The notes beneath the pieces are model-generated. The model worked only from the letters and a program-made list of their open reading frames with translations, made no database searches and was not told where the DNA came from. Below are positions 61,880 to 64,000 of a stretch of 64,000 nucleotides of DNA, piece by piece. Position 1 is the stretch's first letter; each line of letters opens with the position of its first letter. A program made the translations under genes and the position numbers. The stretch is from Anthoceros angustus (taxonomy: Eukaryota > Plantae > Anthocerotophyta): the NCBI GenBank assembly GCA_010909165.1, contig VJWM01000063.1, positions 992,001 through 1,056,000 on the forward strand, given 5' to 3'.

Positions 61880-63290
61880 AGGGACATCGGGAGCCGGAAT
61901 GCCTAGGAGGGAGGACATCAAGACCAAGGGCTTCCCTAACTAGAGGCAATGGTTGGAGCAAGCTGGAAGCTTGGTGGAAGAATACGACCTGGGGTTCAAG
62001 CGCGAGGGATGGAACTATGAGAGTGAGGAGCTCGTTTATGAATGTGCGCGCAACCTCTACAACGACTGCCGACGGGGTTCCATACCGGCCAATCCCACCA
62101 GTTGAACACCATAGGCCGAGACGCTCACCGCCCGGATGAGGAGGCCATGGGGGAGACCATTTTGTTAGAGAAGACGCCGGAACATGTGTCGCAGATAGCT
62201 GAACTGTTCGGGAATGCGAAGGGTAGGGCCAAGACCTCCAACGGCTGGAAGATCAGCCTCATGAAGGACAGGGGGCATCAGGTAGTAGCGAGGTTGGTGG
62301 AAACCTTTAGGGCCTCCAGCAAACAAGACCATCTGAACGATATCTACCTCTATTTCCTAGATGACATCCTGCACCGGCACTACATAGTAGATTGGGGATT
62401 GGTGCTCTACGAGAGGGCAGAGGAGGAGAGGGAGGCTTTGAAGGGACCATTGCAATACCCGCTGTCCTTGCTGACACCTTGCCTGGTGAAGTTGTACCGC
62501 ATCAATTTCCGCATGCGGGAGGAGGAGTTGGCAGCAGCGACCTTTGAATGGGGAGTGCCCAGGCAACTGAGGGAGGCTAGATCATCTGAGGCGGAAGTTC
62601 CGGTGGCGTGATGGCAGTCGGAGCCTCAGCAATAGTTAAGAGGGAGGAAGAATCTTGTCTAGGCTCGGAGGCTACTGCCATGTAGCACACCTACGAGGGC
62701 CGTGCCCGTACTACGGTCACTAGAGCGGCAACAGCACTGTCCACCGCAGTACTTGGGGGAAGGGGGCCACAAGTGCCCATACCGCTGCCTGATGAAACCA
62801 CGACTACGAGCACTGCGTTGTGGCGGCTGAGGCTACAGTAGCCTCAACCGCCACTACGACCAAGGCCGCTACTACGGCAATCCTGTTGCTTCGAGACTGA
62901 TCCTATGAGAGGAACTTCCACCGCGGCACAAGGATGGAAGTGAGCCGCACAACGAAGTTCCCTCTCCCCCTTCCCCTTCCTCTCCAAGGAATCGCGGCAA
63001 GCGCCCCCAGCTCCTAGACGTCGTCGCCGCCAAGGAAGCGACAAGCTATGAGAAGGACTTCCCGGCATGAGGACCTGGACCTGCAGGATTTGGTCCGGAC
63101 CCTAGGGGCCATCTATGTGGAAAGGAGGCAGGCGGCCTTGGAGAGGGGATGGCAAAGATAGAAGCCCTCCCCCTCATCCCGCAGTTGACCGCCAGTGAAT
63201 CGGATTCACTGGACGAGGCGGAGCAGAAGGTGCTCCAATCTCCGATTCACTGGACGAGGCGGAGCAGAAGGTGCTCCAATCTCAAGAACT
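61880..63290 (+). mobile_element. Decayed transposon/retroelement-like accessory ORF remnant
   Basis: GC-rich frame broken by stops and frameshifts (GMPRREDIKTKGFPN*RQWLEQ.. / ..ETILLEK..YLYFLDDILHRHYIVDWGLVLYE..); no splice pattern; a ~40-bp duplication at 63200-63283. No RT, integrase or terminus recognised. Confidence 0.4.
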
Positions 63291-63517
63291 TCAAGGCACA
63301 CTTGTGATAAAAAATATGACTATTTAGGACACTATTCATTAGGCACTAGAAATCCAAAATTAAATATTATTTATTTCATAGGACTAGAAGTGGTTATTTA
63401 TTCAGTTAGTTGTTATATTGGTTATATTGATTACAAACACCTATAACCACCTCTACTTTATAAATACTTGCTTTGTCCATTTAATGCAATGCTACAAACA
63501 TCTTTGAGCAAGTGTGT

Positions 63518-63590
63518 GATTTTCATCATGATATCCGAGCACCTTGCTCTTGAGATTTTCATCATGATATCCGAGCACCTTGCTCTTGAG
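63518..63590. repeat. 36-bp tandem duplication
   Basis: gattttcatcatgatatccgagcaccttgctcttga x2. Confidence 0.92.
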
Positions 63591-63596
63591 CAGGGT

Positions 63597-63935
63597 GTCA
63601 TTTTTGACCGAGTACTAGCTCAGTCCCCGGGAGTCATTTTGACCGAGTACTAGCTCAGTCCCCGGGAGTCATTTTGACCGAGTATTAGCTCAGTCCCCGG
63701 GAGTCATTTTGACCGAGTAGCTCAGTCCCGGGGAGTCATTTTGACCGAGTACTAGCTCAGTCCCCGGGACCGCCTACCTTGATCAGGGTGTCATTTTGAC
63801 CGAGTACTAGCTCAGTCCCCGGGAGTCATTTTGACCGAGTACTAGCTCAGTCCCCGGGACCGCCTACCTTGATCAGGGTGTCATTTTGACGAGATTAGCT
63901 CACCGAGTCATTTTGACCGAGTACTAGCTGGCCCC
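63597..63935. repeat. 35-bp minisatellite (gtcattttgaccgagtactagctcagtccccggga) with a recurring 20-bp spacer
   Basis: About 9 copies; ccgcctaccttgatcagggt is inserted twice (after 5 copies, then after 2 more). Confidence 0.95.
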
Positions 63936-64000
63936 GGACCGCTTACCTAGCTACGCTGTCCCACCTAGCAGGACTTTTTATGTACACCCTTGGTCATTAA

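Noticed and set aside
63597-63935. 35-bp repeat as a CRISPR array
   Set aside because: The repeats are directly adjacent with no unique spacers (the only spacer recurs identically), the context is eukaryotic, and there are no cas genes.

Overview
Gene-dense land-plant nuclear DNA with short GT-AG introns and GC-rich exons; a hornwort/bryophyte/lycophyte-like compact genome is inferred, not proven. 1-28.8 kb: a head-to-tail array of a ~5.4-kb unit (starts at 1, 7451, 12863, 18302, 23768, 28297). Each unit carries two divergently oriented reading frames. One is a + strand frame derived from the last exon of the neighbouring REC/TSS (CLU-family) gene and keeps a PAM2 motif. The other is a - strand frame homologous to a divergent AP2-like intronless ORF at 59.5-60.4 kb. 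Both look frameshifted in every copy, but many indels differ between copies and sit at CG/CHG or homopolymer sites, so a cross-copy consensus is largely open. The unit may therefore be an amplified two-gene cassette rather than dead satellite. 30.4-58.6 kb: REC/TSS-like gene (with a near-identical 1218-bp duplication in its last exon), DUF6817-type protein, non-RD LRR receptor kinase, TOL1-like VHS-GAT, ZNHIT2-like, a small unknown protein and CDKC. 59-64 kb: the AP2-like ORF, a decayed TE-like ORF and minisatellites. All alignments and identities were done by eye; no database search was run.
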